The notes under the pieces are model-generated. The model ran no database searches. It worked only from the letters and a program-made list of their open reading frames with translations, and was not told the origin of the DNA. The translations under genes and the position numbers were made by a program. This document shows positions 23,177 through 36,763 of a DNA stretch of 64,000 nt, piece after piece. This DNA comes from Paraspadella gotoi. Taxonomy: Eukaryota; Animalia; Chaetognatha. How positions within the stretch are numbered: position 1 is the stretch's first letter; each line of letters starts with the position of its first letter. Where the stretch lies: NCBI GenBank assembly GCA_051294375.1, contig CM119269.1, positions 12,742,790-12,806,789 of the forward strand, written 5' to 3'.

Positions 23177-24917
23177 TAAGGGGTGAACTTAGGCAAAGAT
23201 TTTTTCTTAAATAGGTAATAGACAATTTTTTGGTTTACCTAGTAGTTAACTGAATAAAAGTAGGCAATTTTTAATTGAGGAAAGGATCTTTAAAACTAAG
23301 ATATAACTGATAAACTTAAGATCTAATTTGCTAAGATTTAATAATTTGAAGCCAAATGATATTAAATATTGTATTAAATATTAAATATTGTAATCTAATT
23401 GTATTCTATTGTAGTCTAACCTAGTGTTGTATAGATGCTCCCTCGATTTCCAGAAGACAACACTGACCTCCTCCTCCCAAAATGAGTTATTAGATATAAT
23501 AAGCAAATAATATTTTTAAAAAATAATATATATATAAATAAATAATATAGTTTAAATAATAAAACATTACCTTCACCTGTCCTCAATCTGACCACTGTCT
23601 TTTTCTCAACCTTTGTTGGAAGCTTTATCTCTCTCTTTTCTCTCTCTCTCTGTCTCTCTCTCTCTCTCTCTCTCAATTTCTCTCTCTCTCTCTCTGTCTC
23701 TCTCTCTCTGACTCAATGGAAAGAGAAAAATTTGTCTGATTATTCTAACGCTGATGAAGGCTTATACATAAAGCCGAAACATGTCCCTATGTAAAAATAA
23801 AAATCGTTATAAATAAACAAATAAACTTTGTTTTTCTCTAAGTTTAAATAGTAAAACATTTATAAAATATAAAAATATAAGATATTGAAATAAGTAATTT
23901 TGCAAATTTTCATATAAAATAAAAAAAATAACAAAATAGGATATTTTTCGGTATTAATTTTTAAACAAAATCTTTATCAAATATAAAACTTTAATTTGCT
24001 CAACATTGAAATTCAATTAGTTTTAGCCCAAATATTTTTAATGAAACATAAAATAATTTTATAAAAAAAATTAATAGCTAAAACTATATTTGGTGTTTGG
24101 TATATGGTGTTTGGTGAATAGGGTTGGAGTCTATTATATAGTTGTTTTTAATTAAAATAAACATTTTTCAGTATGTTCAAGAATGTCATTTTTTACTTTG
24201 AGTTAAAATCTTTGTTAATGATGAAAAAATAGAAAGAGAATTTTTTTAGATTTTTTTTTATTTGAAATTCATATCCATAGGATATTTACTTTCCATATCG
24301 AGCTCGAATTTTTTAATATAAACAGCGAGGGAGGTATTGAGTAATCCATATCATATTCTGCAAAAAATTCTAATGAGCTTTGACATTCTAAATAAGATAC
24401 AAAACATTTTTGGGCGACTTGAGTCTTGTGTTCATTTTTATATCATCTTTGATCAAGGTTTTAATCTCCAATCATATCAGGATACAACTGAATACATTAC
24501 ATTGCAAATCTTTTTAAATGTATGCATCCTTATTGTTATTCTAATTTCTTTATTATCTGTTAATTTTTTATTTATCAATGAATTAATCTTCTTTAATAAT
24601 TTTATTGGTTCTGGGTCTGGTAGTAGCCAAGTAGATTACATACTTAATGCTGATATTCATATTTCATGCCATCTGCGAAAAGTATTTTTTTGGGCTTAAA
24701 ATATAGTAATAACAAATTGAAAATATAGTTGATAACGAAATTATAATAATAAAAGAAAATATATTGTTTTATTTATCTTTAAAAATAAATATAAGCAAAA
24801 TATTTTGATTTAGAAATTGCCTATATTTTATTAAGAAAAATCATTTCTTTACCTAGGCAATTTCAGTAACACTTTGCTCAGTTAATCAGGCAAAATATTA
24901 CCTAAGTTCACCCCTTA
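23177..24917. mobile_element. Non-autonomous hAT-type DNA transposon (1741 bp)
   Basis: TIR TAAGGGGTGAACTTAGG / CCTAAGTTCACCCCTTA; perfect 8-bp TSD GTTCCGCC at 23169-23176 and 24918-24925; AT-rich non-coding interior. Confidence 0.85.
23749..23786 (+). ncRNA. Minimal type-I hammerhead ribozyme motif (Penelope-type)
   Basis: cg-CTGATGA-a-GGCTT-atacata-AAGCC-GAAAC-AT-GTC-c; same flanks (AACGCTGATGAAG..GAAACATGTCC) as the 11471 copy but a different, still paired stem II. Confidence 0.72.
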
Positions 24918-26683
24918 GTTCCGCCTTGTATGCACATCAAGTAAAAATGTTTTTTAAAGTTTTGGGCACTTCCATGTCTAGGGGCTTGGGGGCAAAAGGG
25001 CGAATTAAAAAATTCTACCTTTTAATCAGTAAACGATGACATTCAAGATGAGTATATTTTTTTTTTTTTCCTTCGTTGAAATTTTTATTTAAGAAGAAAA
25101 AAAAAGAAAGATATAAAAAATTTTTCTTTTTTTCTTTTTTCTATTTAAAAGAAAAATTATCAATACAATTTAACACAATGATGTCTTGCTTTGTCAAATA
25201 TGTCGCCAGCTATGTAATTTTTAAAATTTTATTATGATAAACAAGCAGTTTGTCAAGCTTTTTGTTTGCAGTTGAAGATAATGAAAAGTGACGATTTTTT
25301 TTTCACAGGCAAGAAGGTCGATGTCCAGACTGTTTATATCAAGCTTAAAACATTTTTGTATTTATCATTTTTTATATTTACAATCAAGCTACATAAATTT
25401 TTGCTTGTTTTTTACTTTAACTGAAAAATACAAGCAATTTTATGCAGTAGAGAAAATTTAATGGTAATCAAAATGTAATTCAGTCTTCCCTTTTTCAAAT
25501 CACAAAAGAAAAACAAAAAAATTCATATGCCTTCATCGCAATTTTTAACACAAAAAATTGTTATACTTTTAACTATGATTTAAACAAAAGCTGTGTAAAG
25601 ATTTATAGATGAAATTTAATTAAACTCTTTGAGAAAGGTGTCCATGATTAGGGCTTTAATTTGATACCACACTCACCTTGCTATCTCTTTCTTTCAAAAG
25701 TTATCCAAGAAAATAACTTTTTTTACCATCGGAGAACTAAGGATTTGAACTACGCAGTACAAATCTTTGTTAAATAAAAAACTTCGGCAAAGCAGGAGTA
25801 TCTCACTTAATCCTATTGGTACAATACTTAAATTTTAAAATAATACTTAAAGAAAAAATTTTCGTCATCTAGAGACCTATCACTTTCAGATGTACACATT
25901 GTCTTGCTCATTTATGGCTTTTGCTTTAAGAAATCAGCAAAACGTTTCCTCTTTTTTTTTAAATAGTTAGTACTAGCGCGTCAGAAATCTTTAGAGAAAC
26001 TCGAAAATTTTATTCTGATAAATTTTGCCTTTGAAGGCTGACGTTTATGACCATATCTCGGAAACTATTGTAGGAATTTTAAAACGGTTTTTTGCAAGTG
26101 AATATATATCCTTCCAGGGACTGGCATAAAAATATATAAAAAAAATAAATTAAAATTAGCTCTCATATGAGGTATCTAGACTCATTTTGAATTGAATCGG
26201 AAACTACTTTTATTACTACTTATAACATTAGATTAGATCTGTTCGTTGAAAAAGTTTCTATTTACGGAATATTTCATAAATCATTAATCAAATATCCAGA
26301 TACATTCAATGGTACTTTTCTCCCAGAGCGCGATAATTATTTGAACACTGAATGTCTCCATATAGTATTGATGTTTTTACAAGCGATAAATAAAAAAAAA
26401 ACGAAAGAATAAATTTTACGTCGTTGCGTTTCGCTCAGTTACATTTGTCGTTTTTGCCCTCCTGTTCTTGTTGAGCCAATATTGTCGATAGCATTCGTTC
26501 GAAATGTTCAATGAGCAAGAAACGAGCCAGCAATTCGAGAGAACGGGCAGCTCAGTCCCGTGTTCCTAAAAAAATCGGGGGAAGGGGAGATCAGCCGTGT
26601 TATAGATAATATATATATTTAATTATTTAACTATTTAATTAACCATTGTGGCAGCAAGACTTAAAGCTGCCTCACTGCTGTCT

Positions 26684-26910
26684 GTCCTCAGCCTCGTCTC
26701 AATGGCTGAGCAGGCTAAATCATCTCATTCCATCCGTGCGTCCCGGGTTCAATCCCTGGGTATCCCGCTTCTGGCTTAAATGTGACGGTGCCGGTATAAA
26801 CATGCCAGTGACAGGAGGCGCTCACTGAGGGTCCGCAGCCCCTACGCCAGTTGGTGAGATACCCCGCGCCCCGGGTATCACAGGCTATCCTTCCGTTGCC
26901 ATACCATCTT
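26684..26910 (+). mobile_element. tRNA-derived SINE-like repeat
   Basis: A-box-like TGGCTGAGCAGG, B-box GGTTCAATCCC and a GC-rich body in AT-rich context. Confidence 0.55.
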
Positions 26911-28067
26911 ATTTCCTTCGATAAAGCAGCGAGCGAAATTCATCGACGGAATATCATGGGCGGTACCAAGACGACGACAAAATGGCGAATTGTAATCATC
27001 CTAAAAATAAGAATTAGTTTGAGGGCTTTCTTTCTTTCTCTCTCTTTCTCTCTTCCCTCTCACCCCATTTCTATAATTCTTCAGCTGCATAATTCTGGGC
27101 AAGTATCTTCTCGGAAGAATCCCTCCCTGTTCTTGATCTGTTTCGTTAAGATATTTGACCCATTCTTCGTTTTCCATGACCGATCTCCAAGTCAGGCAAT
27201 CGCGTCCTTTTCTGCTCCGATATTATTGAGAAAAAGCAAAACATTATAATCCTTCTATTAAATATCAGAAGACTACATTAAACTAATAAAACAAATCGTG
27301 AATGTTTCATTTTTAATTAATATTAAATTGGTACAACTAATATAAATATATATCTCATTTTTACTGAGATAATATTACTAATATTAATCTACTAGCAAAT
27401 TGAAATATAAATATCTCTGCAATTGCAAATAATGTATGTATAAAATAAAATATAAGAGTTATTAAATCATAAAGATAAGTTTACTGGTCGATCGAGACGT
27501 ATCCTCTGTACGGACAAGGATTATCTTCGTCCAAGATTCCGGTCGACCCGTACCAAAAGCAAATGTTGGACTGGGTCAGGTTGAAGCGAATGTGAGTCGG
27601 GTGAACGTCCTGCCGCAACATCAGCCTGAATTGACCAACATTCTATTTGACGTTTTGAGACGCGACCCGTTAACACGCTTTTCGGGCCGTCAGTTTATCT
27701 TCAAGTTAAAAAAAACTTATTTTTCGCCAAAGAATTTGAATTTAAAATGTAAATAGTCGAAACATGTCCCTCTGACAAAAACAAATCGTTTTTTGCAAAG
27801 AAAAAATAAACTTGGTTTTCTCTCTTAAGCTTTTAAGTGTTACTGTAAAGCGTCCAAAGCTATATAGATAAGAATAGATAAGAAACTCGAGCCAATATTT
27901 ATAATTCGATCCATAAAACGCGATTCGTGCGAAAACCTTTAACTTAAAGGTTTTAGCTAAAGTTAGCAAAAAACCCATTGTATTGGGATTCGCGGTGGAC
28001 AAAGCGAGCGTCGCCGGAGGGGAGGGATAGATCTCCTTCCGACAGTAGAGAATTTCGACATCGGTGC

Positions 28068-28324
28068 TATGGCAACAGGGAGACATGTGTTACATTGTGT
28101 AATGGCCGGGGTGGGAGGCATCGCCCGATAGCCGGCGCTAATAAGGGCATTGGACCAGTGACCAGTGACCACCGCTGTTTATGCCGACAGCATCACACTT
28201 AAGCAGTGTAAACGTGAGGGATGGAACTCGGAACTAACGATTGGTGAACGAGTCGCAAGCCAAGCCAATGGGACGATCTGAGTATCACCTAGCTATACGG
28301 GAGGCGTATTTAGGATTCGCCACA
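28068..28324 (-). mobile_element. Solo LTR related to the TRIM at 30116-30852
   Basis: 257 bp with the same termini (TATGGCAACAG...CGCCACA), shared CCAGTGAC and AAGCCAATGG motifs, and a near-TSD GTGC/GTGT. Confidence 0.6.
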
Positions 28325-30115
28325 GTGTCACGACGATAATGATGACGATATAGAAATCGAATATCTTGCTTATTTTTAATGTTTGAAATTTGGAAAAGTC
28401 AGAGGTAGCCTCTTTAGTCGCGACGTCGAAAGTTTTCACGTTTCTTGTTAATTTTTTTTTTTATGTCAATTTTACGTTGGTTTATAACTTAATGATTGTT
28501 TTGAAACAATGAAAACTGTTTTATTGCCCGTCTCTGTCTAACACGAAAGTAATACAGTACCGGTCTTGGCTTTCCTTCATAAGTCCATGAAGCTATATCT
28601 TCTATAATAATGAATGGAATGACTTGATATGCATGTGTGGGATGGAACTCGGTATGGTCTATTCCCCATTCTATATTTCAAAAAAAAATTTTGAAGTTTT
28701 GTTTTGACCATCATTTTGTAAAAAAATTTAATTTGCATACTGTGCTCAAAATACTTGTACGATATAATTTTTTTTCTCAGTAAAAATTACTCTAACATTA
28801 CTTGGTCTAATGGAAAGTGTAAGGCTGAAAAAAAAATATTATTTATTAATTTATGCATAGTTGCTAATTATAATAATTAGCTTATTATTTATTTTTATTT
28901 ATTAGTTAAACTTTTTATTATAGAAATTAATAGTTGATTAATAGGCAATTTTATTCCTGTAATCAAATTATAATTTTTTTATAATTAACTAAATAGTGAT
29001 TTTTAATATATTACTACAAAATATGATTTTTTGATAAATAATATTTTTTAAAAAAAAGTTTATGCCAAACTATTGGGGAAATGTTACTGATTACAAATAT
29101 ATAAATTTTTTCAAATTTGGATAACCCTTTAACGAAATACAGCCCCAAAAAGCCCTAAAAATGGTTAAAAACACCTATTTTTTAAACCTTTCTAAAAACT
29201 GCAATAACACGAATTTTCAACTCAAATTTTGTAAGGTATGTTAGAATTGGTAGTATTTTATTGCCTGAAAAAATCAGAGACGTAGTAATAATTTTTACCT
29301 AATTATACAGATTAAATAGGGAGACGTCCTAAGAAATTCAGGTAATTTTAAATTTTGCTGAGGTCGTCTAAGTTTTCTCGTATTTTTTTCTATCTCTTTG
29401 TTTCTTTTTTCTTTTATTACCTCTCCCTTTTTTTACTTCATTCTCTCTCTCTTTAAAAATAAAGAAAAGTGTGAATTTTATCAAGGATATGATGCGCTTT
29501 CAAAAACGGAAGTGGCCGGAGGAGGGCGATATAGTAGGATCAGTGATATCACTAATACAGAATATTCATGTAATGTCTGCTTGTTTCGAATGAAACTTTG
29601 CAGAGTAGTGATCAACAATAAGATGTTTGTTATACATAAATATCTTAGTTATGTATGTCATGTGATCACAGGGAAATACACGTAAAAAGAAAGTCATTGC
29701 AGTGCAACGCATTATGTGGATTTGAACCCGAGACAGCTCATCCACAAGTATTTGCTCAGCTAATGTCGCCACTCTATAGAGAATGTTATTTGTTAGAACC
29801 TTTAATAACTTAAACGTTTTACTTGTTTTAACTTTTGTTTTATCAAACAAATGATCAACTCTAATCATCAGTAAATAGCTGATTCATAAGTTTCATCTCC
29901 ATCTAGCTTAGAATCCGATTTTTAAAGTCACAAATAATTAAAAACTGACTTCAAATCTCAGCAGTTATTAATTTAATTATTACTCTCCGTTATCATCTTA
30001 TTATTTACTGAGTCTACTAATTGATTGATTGTTTGTTTCACGAGATATTCAGATTTCTTGCTGGCAAAAGTACTATGAATATCTATATGCTTTGATTATT
30101 TTATTAAGGTCACAT

Positions 30116-30852
30116 TATGGCAACAGCCGGGTTGCCTGTGATGCCCATTGGGATGGGGCATCTCACTGTTGGCTTTGGGGGCTTCCGACCCCAGTGACGC
30201 ATCCAGTCACTGGCGCGGTTACCCTAGGACGGTCTCGCTTTGCCAACGCAGAGGAAGTCGTTAGGACTGTGGATGGAACACTACGCCTGGGATGGTGTGT
30301 TCCCCTCTAAGCCAATGGATTTGGCTGAAGGATGGTGGACGTGAGGCGGTGTGAATATACCGCCACAGGATCCCCGGGCCAAGACATCACTCAGGTTCCT
30401 CAAGCCTGAGAGGTGTCTGACAAGACTGTTACCATAGTGGAGAGAGAGAGAAGAGCGCGAGTTGTGGGGGCATAGGCGTTTGTCGTAGCGTACCCCAGGG
30501 GCATAGGCGTTTGTCGTAGCGTACCCGAAGTCGGCAGGGCATAGGCGTTTGTCGTAGCGTACCCTGAGAAGGTTGTGTTCGATAGTAGGGCTCACCACTT
30601 ATGGCAACAGCCGGGTTGCCTGTGATGCCCATTGGGATGGGGCATCTCACTGTTGGCTTTGGGGCTTCCGACCCCCAGTGACGCATCCAGTCACTGGCGC
30701 GGTTACCCTAGGACGGTCTCGCTTTGCCAACGCAGAGGGAAGTCGTTAGGACTGTGGATGGAACACTACGCCTGGGATGGTGTGTTCCCCCTCTGAGCCA
30801 ATGGATTTGGCTGAAGGATGGTGGACGTGAGGCGTGTGAATATACCGCCACA
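30116..30852 (-). mobile_element. TRIM (miniature LTR retrotransposon), 737 bp
   Basis: Near-identical LTRs 30116-30367 and 30600-30852 (TG..TA on minus strand); 4-bp TSD ACAT at 30112-30115 and 30853-30856; PBS-like TGGTGAGCCCTACTATCGAA 2 nt after the 5' LTR; 232-bp non-coding interior. Confidence 0.85.
30468..30564. repeat. Three copies of 27-28-bp GGGCATAGGCGTTTGTCGTAGCGTACCC inside the TRIM
   Basis: Seen directly. Confidence 0.9.
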
Positions 30853-32669
30853 ACATCTTATTACATTAACCAAGCAAGTTGGTTACATTGAACTTTTACC
30901 TCAAAGCTGATAAACTTTGCCTACGCCACGAGCGTCAACGTAGCGCCTCTTTCTTTCTTTCTTTCTTTCTATTTTCTTTCTATGACTATCGGTCACTCTA
31001 TCAAATTTGTACACAATAAAAAGAAAAAGAAATGGAAATGACTTTGAATGGAAAAACATAAGTCACATTTAGTTTAATCTTTTTACTAATTTTAACATAT
31101 AATTACACAAATTAATCATAATTAGATGGATAGATTGAGATAAAATTTTGTGTTTGGGTAGGAAAGTGTGTGATTGTGTTAAATATAAAGTTTCGATGGA
31201 ATCGTGCAAGTGGAAAAGAGTTTAGGTAGAAAAAACAAGTCATATTTACCTATACCTTTTTTAATTATTTTATTAATTCAGAATTTCATAGATTAACTGA
31301 TATAAAATTTTGTGTCATTAAGCTCGCTATAAAGTTTTGATGGAATCGTGCAAGTAAAAATGAGTTTTAATAGAACAAGAATGGTAATTCAAATGTGTTG
31401 TGCCGCAGTATCTGCCTTATCACATATATTTTTCGTGACATGACATTCATGATGTAATATGACATGATCTGATATAACATAACTTCATGAATACAATAAC
31501 TTTCTTAACCCATATATTAGGACCTGCACTGCATCAAAATTCCGTCTTTTATTCCTTTTAGTTTTAGGATTTTTGAAGGCGGCGTCTGCAGTCTTTTAGA
31601 TTTCAGGTTTTTTTCTGTCTGAACAAATGAGCAACCAAGTGGGACAGACTGACAAACAGACATACCGACTGACCAACGGACCGACCAACCGACAAGTGTC
31701 TTATAGAGCTGCTACTCGAGTACTCACGGCGCAACTAAAAAAACTATTAAAGTCTCTCTCTATCTCTCTCTTATTCTCTCTCACAGATAAAATTGAGGCG
31801 ACTTACTATCTAGGAAAAAGTATATAACATAATTCATTTATTTAATAAAAAGTACACAAAACCTGGGTAAAACATTCTTAATATTTGGTATGCCCTTTCT
31901 TGGCATTGAGTACTGCCTGCATTCATCTGGGCATGCTCTCATACAGCAAATTGAGGTATGACAGTGAAACATTTTTTTACATCTTTAACGCAATTATTTT
32001 CAGACCCGATATTGATGTTGCATATCTTCCCTATTTTCTAAAAAGTATAATAGCACTTTTTTTGAACCAAAAAGAGGTGCAAATAAAATAAAAATAAATA
32101 ACTAAATAACCAAATAACCAAAAATGGAGGAAAACTAAATATGATTTTTTTCACCATTTTTTATTTGAAGTAACAATATTTATTGGCCTGTAACTTCTAA
32201 ATGATTTAACCTACAAAAAAATGAAAGGAAGCTACTAAAAAAAAATTCAATGTAGATCCGGAAACATTCTAATTTTTTTAAATCATACAAAATTTAGAAT
32301 AGATATCCTTTATTAAAAATGTTATATACTTTTTTCCTAGATAGTACTACCGGTCTCTCTCACTAAATCCTCTCTCCTCTTTCTCCGAGCCGGTCAATCC
32401 ACACGGTCACTTTGCCCTAGCTTTGGCAATTACCTTAGATTGATCGGACAAAGCAATAGGGCCAAGGAGACCATAAGGTTAAAAGCCAGTGATGATAAAA
32501 GTGGATCAGGAGAGAGTTCCTCTCACTCCTTTTCAACTTCTCTTACATCGTCACAATACTTCACTACAAAATTGGCTACTTGTTAAGTGATCGACTGATT
32601 TTTTTGGTGATTTATTAAAAATATGTTATGATTTATAAAATAATGGTTAATCATGAAAAAAATTATTTT

Positions 32670-33020
32670 AAAAATTATGCAAGTTACCGAATTAGGCAAG
32701 TTGACCAAATTATGACAGTTAACTAAATTATGCCAGTTGACCATATTATGCAAATTAACTAAATTATGAATGTTGACCAAATTATGCCAGGTGACCAAAT
32801 TATGCAAGTTGACCAAATAATGCAACTAGACAAAATTATGCAAGTTGACTTAAATTATGCAAAATAACTAAATTTATGAAAGTTGACCAAATTTTTCAAG
32901 TTAACCAAATTATTCCAGTTGAATATATATTCTATTTGACCAAATTATGCCAGCCGATAAAATATGTCAGTTGACCAAATTATGCCAGTTGACCAAATTA
33001 TGCAAGTTGATCAAATTATC
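32670..33020. repeat. ~18-bp minisatellite (GTTGACCAAATTATGCAA-like)
   Basis: Many degenerate tandem copies inside the Tc1-type element. Confidence 0.85.
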
Positions 33021-34419
33021 GAAGGCAGATCCGACGTTGTTTGCTCAACTTGTTTATTCTTTAGTTGCCTGATTCTACTTTTCTAAAGAACCTCTTTAAA
33101 ATACGGGGAAATGGAGTCCTAATATTTTTGGAATCACAACACCCTCAAAAATAATTAAAATTAGAAAAATTCAGCCTAATCATAGCACAGTCTCTCACGA
33201 GTTAAAGCTCAACTGACAGAAAAAATGTCAGAGCAAAAGAAAGGAGAGTAGGAATGGAGAGAGAGAGAGGTAGGAATGGGAGAGAGAGAGTGGGGAGAGA
33301 GAGAGAAAGATAAGGACACACACACAGAGAACGAGAGAGAAGAAGAGAGAAAGAGAATGAAGGAAGAAAAGGGAGAGGGTAATACAACATCCAAGAAGAA
33401 GAAACAAAGAGATAGAAAAAAAAAAACACCTCAGCAAAATTCAAAATTACCTGAATTTCTTAAGACGTCTCCCTATTTAATCTGTATAGTTAGGTAAAAA
33501 TTATTACTACGTCTCTGATTTTTTCAGGCCATAAAATACTACCAATTCTAATATACATTACAAAATTTGAGTTGAAAATTCGTGTTATTGCAGTTTTTAG
33601 AAAGGTTTAAAAAATAGGGTGTTTTTAACCATTTTTAGGGCTTTTTTTTGGGCTGTATTTCGTTAAAGGGTTATCCAAATTTGAAAAAAAAATTATATAT
33701 TTGTAATCAGTAACATTTTACCAATAGTTTGGCATAAACTTTTTTTAAAAAAATATTATTTATCAAAAAATCATATTTTGTAGTAATATATTAAAAATCA
33801 CTATTTAGTTAATTATAAAAAAAATTATAAATTTGATTACAGGAATAAAATTGCCTATCAATCAACTATTAATTTCTATAATAAAAAGTTTAACTAATAA
33901 ATAAAAAATAAATAATAAGCTAATTATTATAATTAGCAACTATGCATAAATTAATAAATAATTTTTTTTTTTCAGCCTAACACTTTACCATTAGACCAAT
34001 AATGTTAGAGTAATTTTTACTGAGAAAAAAATTATATCGTTCAAGTATTTGAGCACAGTATACAAATTAAATTTTTTTACAAAAATGATGGTCAAAACAA
34101 AACTTCAAAATTTTTTTTTGAAATATAGAATGGGGAATAGACCATACCGAGTTCCATCCCACACATGCATATCAAGTCATTCCATTCATTATTAAGAAGA
34201 TATAGCTTCCCTGGACATTATGAAGGAAAGCCAAGACCGGTACTGTACACATTTAAAAATACGTTGAATTCTCGATCGTCAACTCCATAGACAATTTTTA
34301 AATTAAAACGAGGCAGATCGAACAACCATAATATTCAAAATAAGGATTCCTTCGAATGACAGAGATAGATAAAGGGAAGTAATAAAAAAAATAAGTCTTT
34401 TCTAAATTTCAAACAGTAC

Positions 34420-34433
34420 GTTACCATGGCAAC
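34420..34433. promoter_or_regulatory. Consensus RFX X-box GTTACCATGGCAAC
   Basis: Matches the X-box consensus; target gene unclear. Confidence 0.4.
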
Positions 34434-36763
34434 GAGGTGATGCAGAAAGAGAAGACGAAAACGACGAATATCCTGAGCGCGTCGCGGACTCCTGACCAAA
34501 TCTCCATCATCTTTTTTTCGTGGTCTTGCATCGTGGTGCTGCCGGACGGAAACAATGCAGATATTAATATATATACGTAATATATACATATATAGTTTGC
34601 TATTTGCCTCTCTATCTCTCTAACTCCACAACTCTAATCCCCCATCTTAGTCTTTAAGCTTAATACTAAAACCTAATCCTTAATCTTTGACCCTAACCCT
34701 TAACCGCAAAAAATAATTATTAACCATAATGACTAACCTAATCTTTAACTTAATCTTTAACTTTTTCAATTTATTTCCGAAATTAAGATGAAATTGGCCG
34801 CTTTGGGCAAATACGACCGTCATTTTTCCTCACCTCGTCTCTTGCGAATAAGAAGTTGACTTTGACTCTTTCACGATTCGTCTAATTTTGGTTCTGAGTC
34901 TCGCCGGAGAATCTTCGGCGGAGGAAGGGGAAGAGGAGGGGGGGGGACTCGACTCGGTCGAAACCGGATAATCTGAAGAGTTGGGATCGTCGACGTCAGG
35001 AATACTGGTCACATTGTTAAATTAAGCGTAATGCAGGACAATGGATGTTGATGTTGCTCTCTTTCACCCGCTTCATTCCTTTTCTTTAATCCGTGCGTCT
35101 TTCTCCACTCGTCCACACCGAACGCGAGGAGCTGCTCGACCGTGATGCCCGGACTTTATGCGCGCGAAAAAAAGATAAACAAACATTGTTAAATTAAAAA
35201 AAAAAGGTCCCTGCATGGAATCGTTGTCAAAAAAAATAAAAACCCGTCATTGGAGGCGTTGGAGGCTTTGCTGTATGCGGACGTGTTGTACTCGACGGTA
35301 TCATTGTTCTCCTCGCTTTCGAAACTTGAAGCGCTCACCGTCGAATGAAACTGAAATGACGACGATAATGACGACGACGTCAGAACTTCATTTGAATTAG
35401 GGGTAGGACTCTCTATTAATCTCTCTATTAATCTCTATTCCGCAATCTCTATTAATTAATCAAAGAAAGAATATTATTACCGAGAAGCAGGAGTCCTTTT
35501 CCCGTTCTTTCATTGTCGTTCATTTAATTATTATTGCTTTTACTTTACAAAACTTTGAGTACAGAACGACTAAATTCTATGATCGTCTCGCTCTAAACTA
35601 TTTGAATTCGTTAATTGAAAGCAATATTTTCAGACATCTCTGTCCGCGCTATAGCTAAACAAATGTAACACCTGAAAAAAGCATTTCTATTCTTAATTTT
35701 CGAAGTGACATTCCGTCAGCAAAAAAGGTTTTTAACATATTTCAACTTTTAATGCAAATGAATCTTGGCTTTGTGATAATTTCCACATCTTTTCCTTTCC
35801 AATATCATAAAAGAAGGCACGATTTCATTGGGGTAAATAAACGTAAACCAGTCCACTTCAAATATCAAAATACACATTATAATAAAAAGATTTATAGGAT
35901 AAATATGAACTGGTAATACACATATAATATACATCTACAAAATTCCAAGATTTCCTTGCTTCACCATTTATTACTATTAGTTTACTCCTATATATAAAAA
36001 TAATTAAAATAATAAATGTGCTTTTAATCTGCTTAAATACCAATTGTTAGATCGAAATAAAATATCTGAACAGGACAGAAATAGACTTTGAGTCTTGGAT
36101 GCAACTTAAAAATGAAATTTATGTAAAAAAATTGTAACAAAAAGTTGAAGTTTTTAGTAAACAAAGCTTATTGTTTTTTTTTTGTAAAAGAAAATATATA
36201 GACTATAAAAGGTAAATTGCATTGATAGAAAATTCGTAAAAAATTGGCAGGTTTGCATTGATTCATGAATAATACTGCGAAACAATTTAGAAGTCATGAT
36301 ATGAAGACAATAACAAAAACAGGACCACAATAGCGGGAAAAAACGTCAAGAGCTTAATCTACGAAAAGCTTAAGCTTAGCCTACTTATTACTATTTCATA
36401 TTTGGGAAACTGAGTAACAACAGCAGTGCCCAAGGTCTAAAAATTAAGACAAAAACCGTGGGACGCTTTTTTAGTATTTATTACACCTAACTAAATCACT
36501 GTAATTTACAGTGATGTAGGTAGCAGGAATTCGGGTTTGGCAGGGGCTTTTGCATTTGTACACAAGAGATCGTTTACACTAAAAATAGAATCGATGAAGT
36601 GAGTTACCGAATAAAAAACCACCTTGAGTTTTCGACGATCGAGTTGTATTTTGTTTTTGTTTTGCTCCGTGTGGTTTTTTTTTTTTATAGCGTGTTTAGG
36701 TCGAGGCCGCGAGAGGGATAAGAAAACGACGCCGCGAGAGGGATAAGAAAACGACGCCGCGAC

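Larger units (their letters stand above)
28555..34245. mobile_element. Non-autonomous Tc1/mariner-type element with ~810-bp terminal inverted repeats (28555-~29364 / ~33428-34245)
   Basis: TA|CAGTACCGGTCTTGGC...GCCAAGACCGGTACTG|TA; long, near-identical inverted arms; no transposase ORF inside. Confidence 0.88.

Noticed and set aside
22255-26195. Outer DNA transposon enclosing the hAT-type element (TCAAAATGAG / CTCATTTTGA ends); ORFs at 22326-22860
   Set aside because: Only a 10-bp inverted match, no TSD and no recognisable protein motif.
30468-30564. CRISPR-like 28-bp direct repeats
   Set aside because: Spacers are only ~2-11 nt, there are no cas genes, and the repeats lie inside a eukaryotic TRIM.
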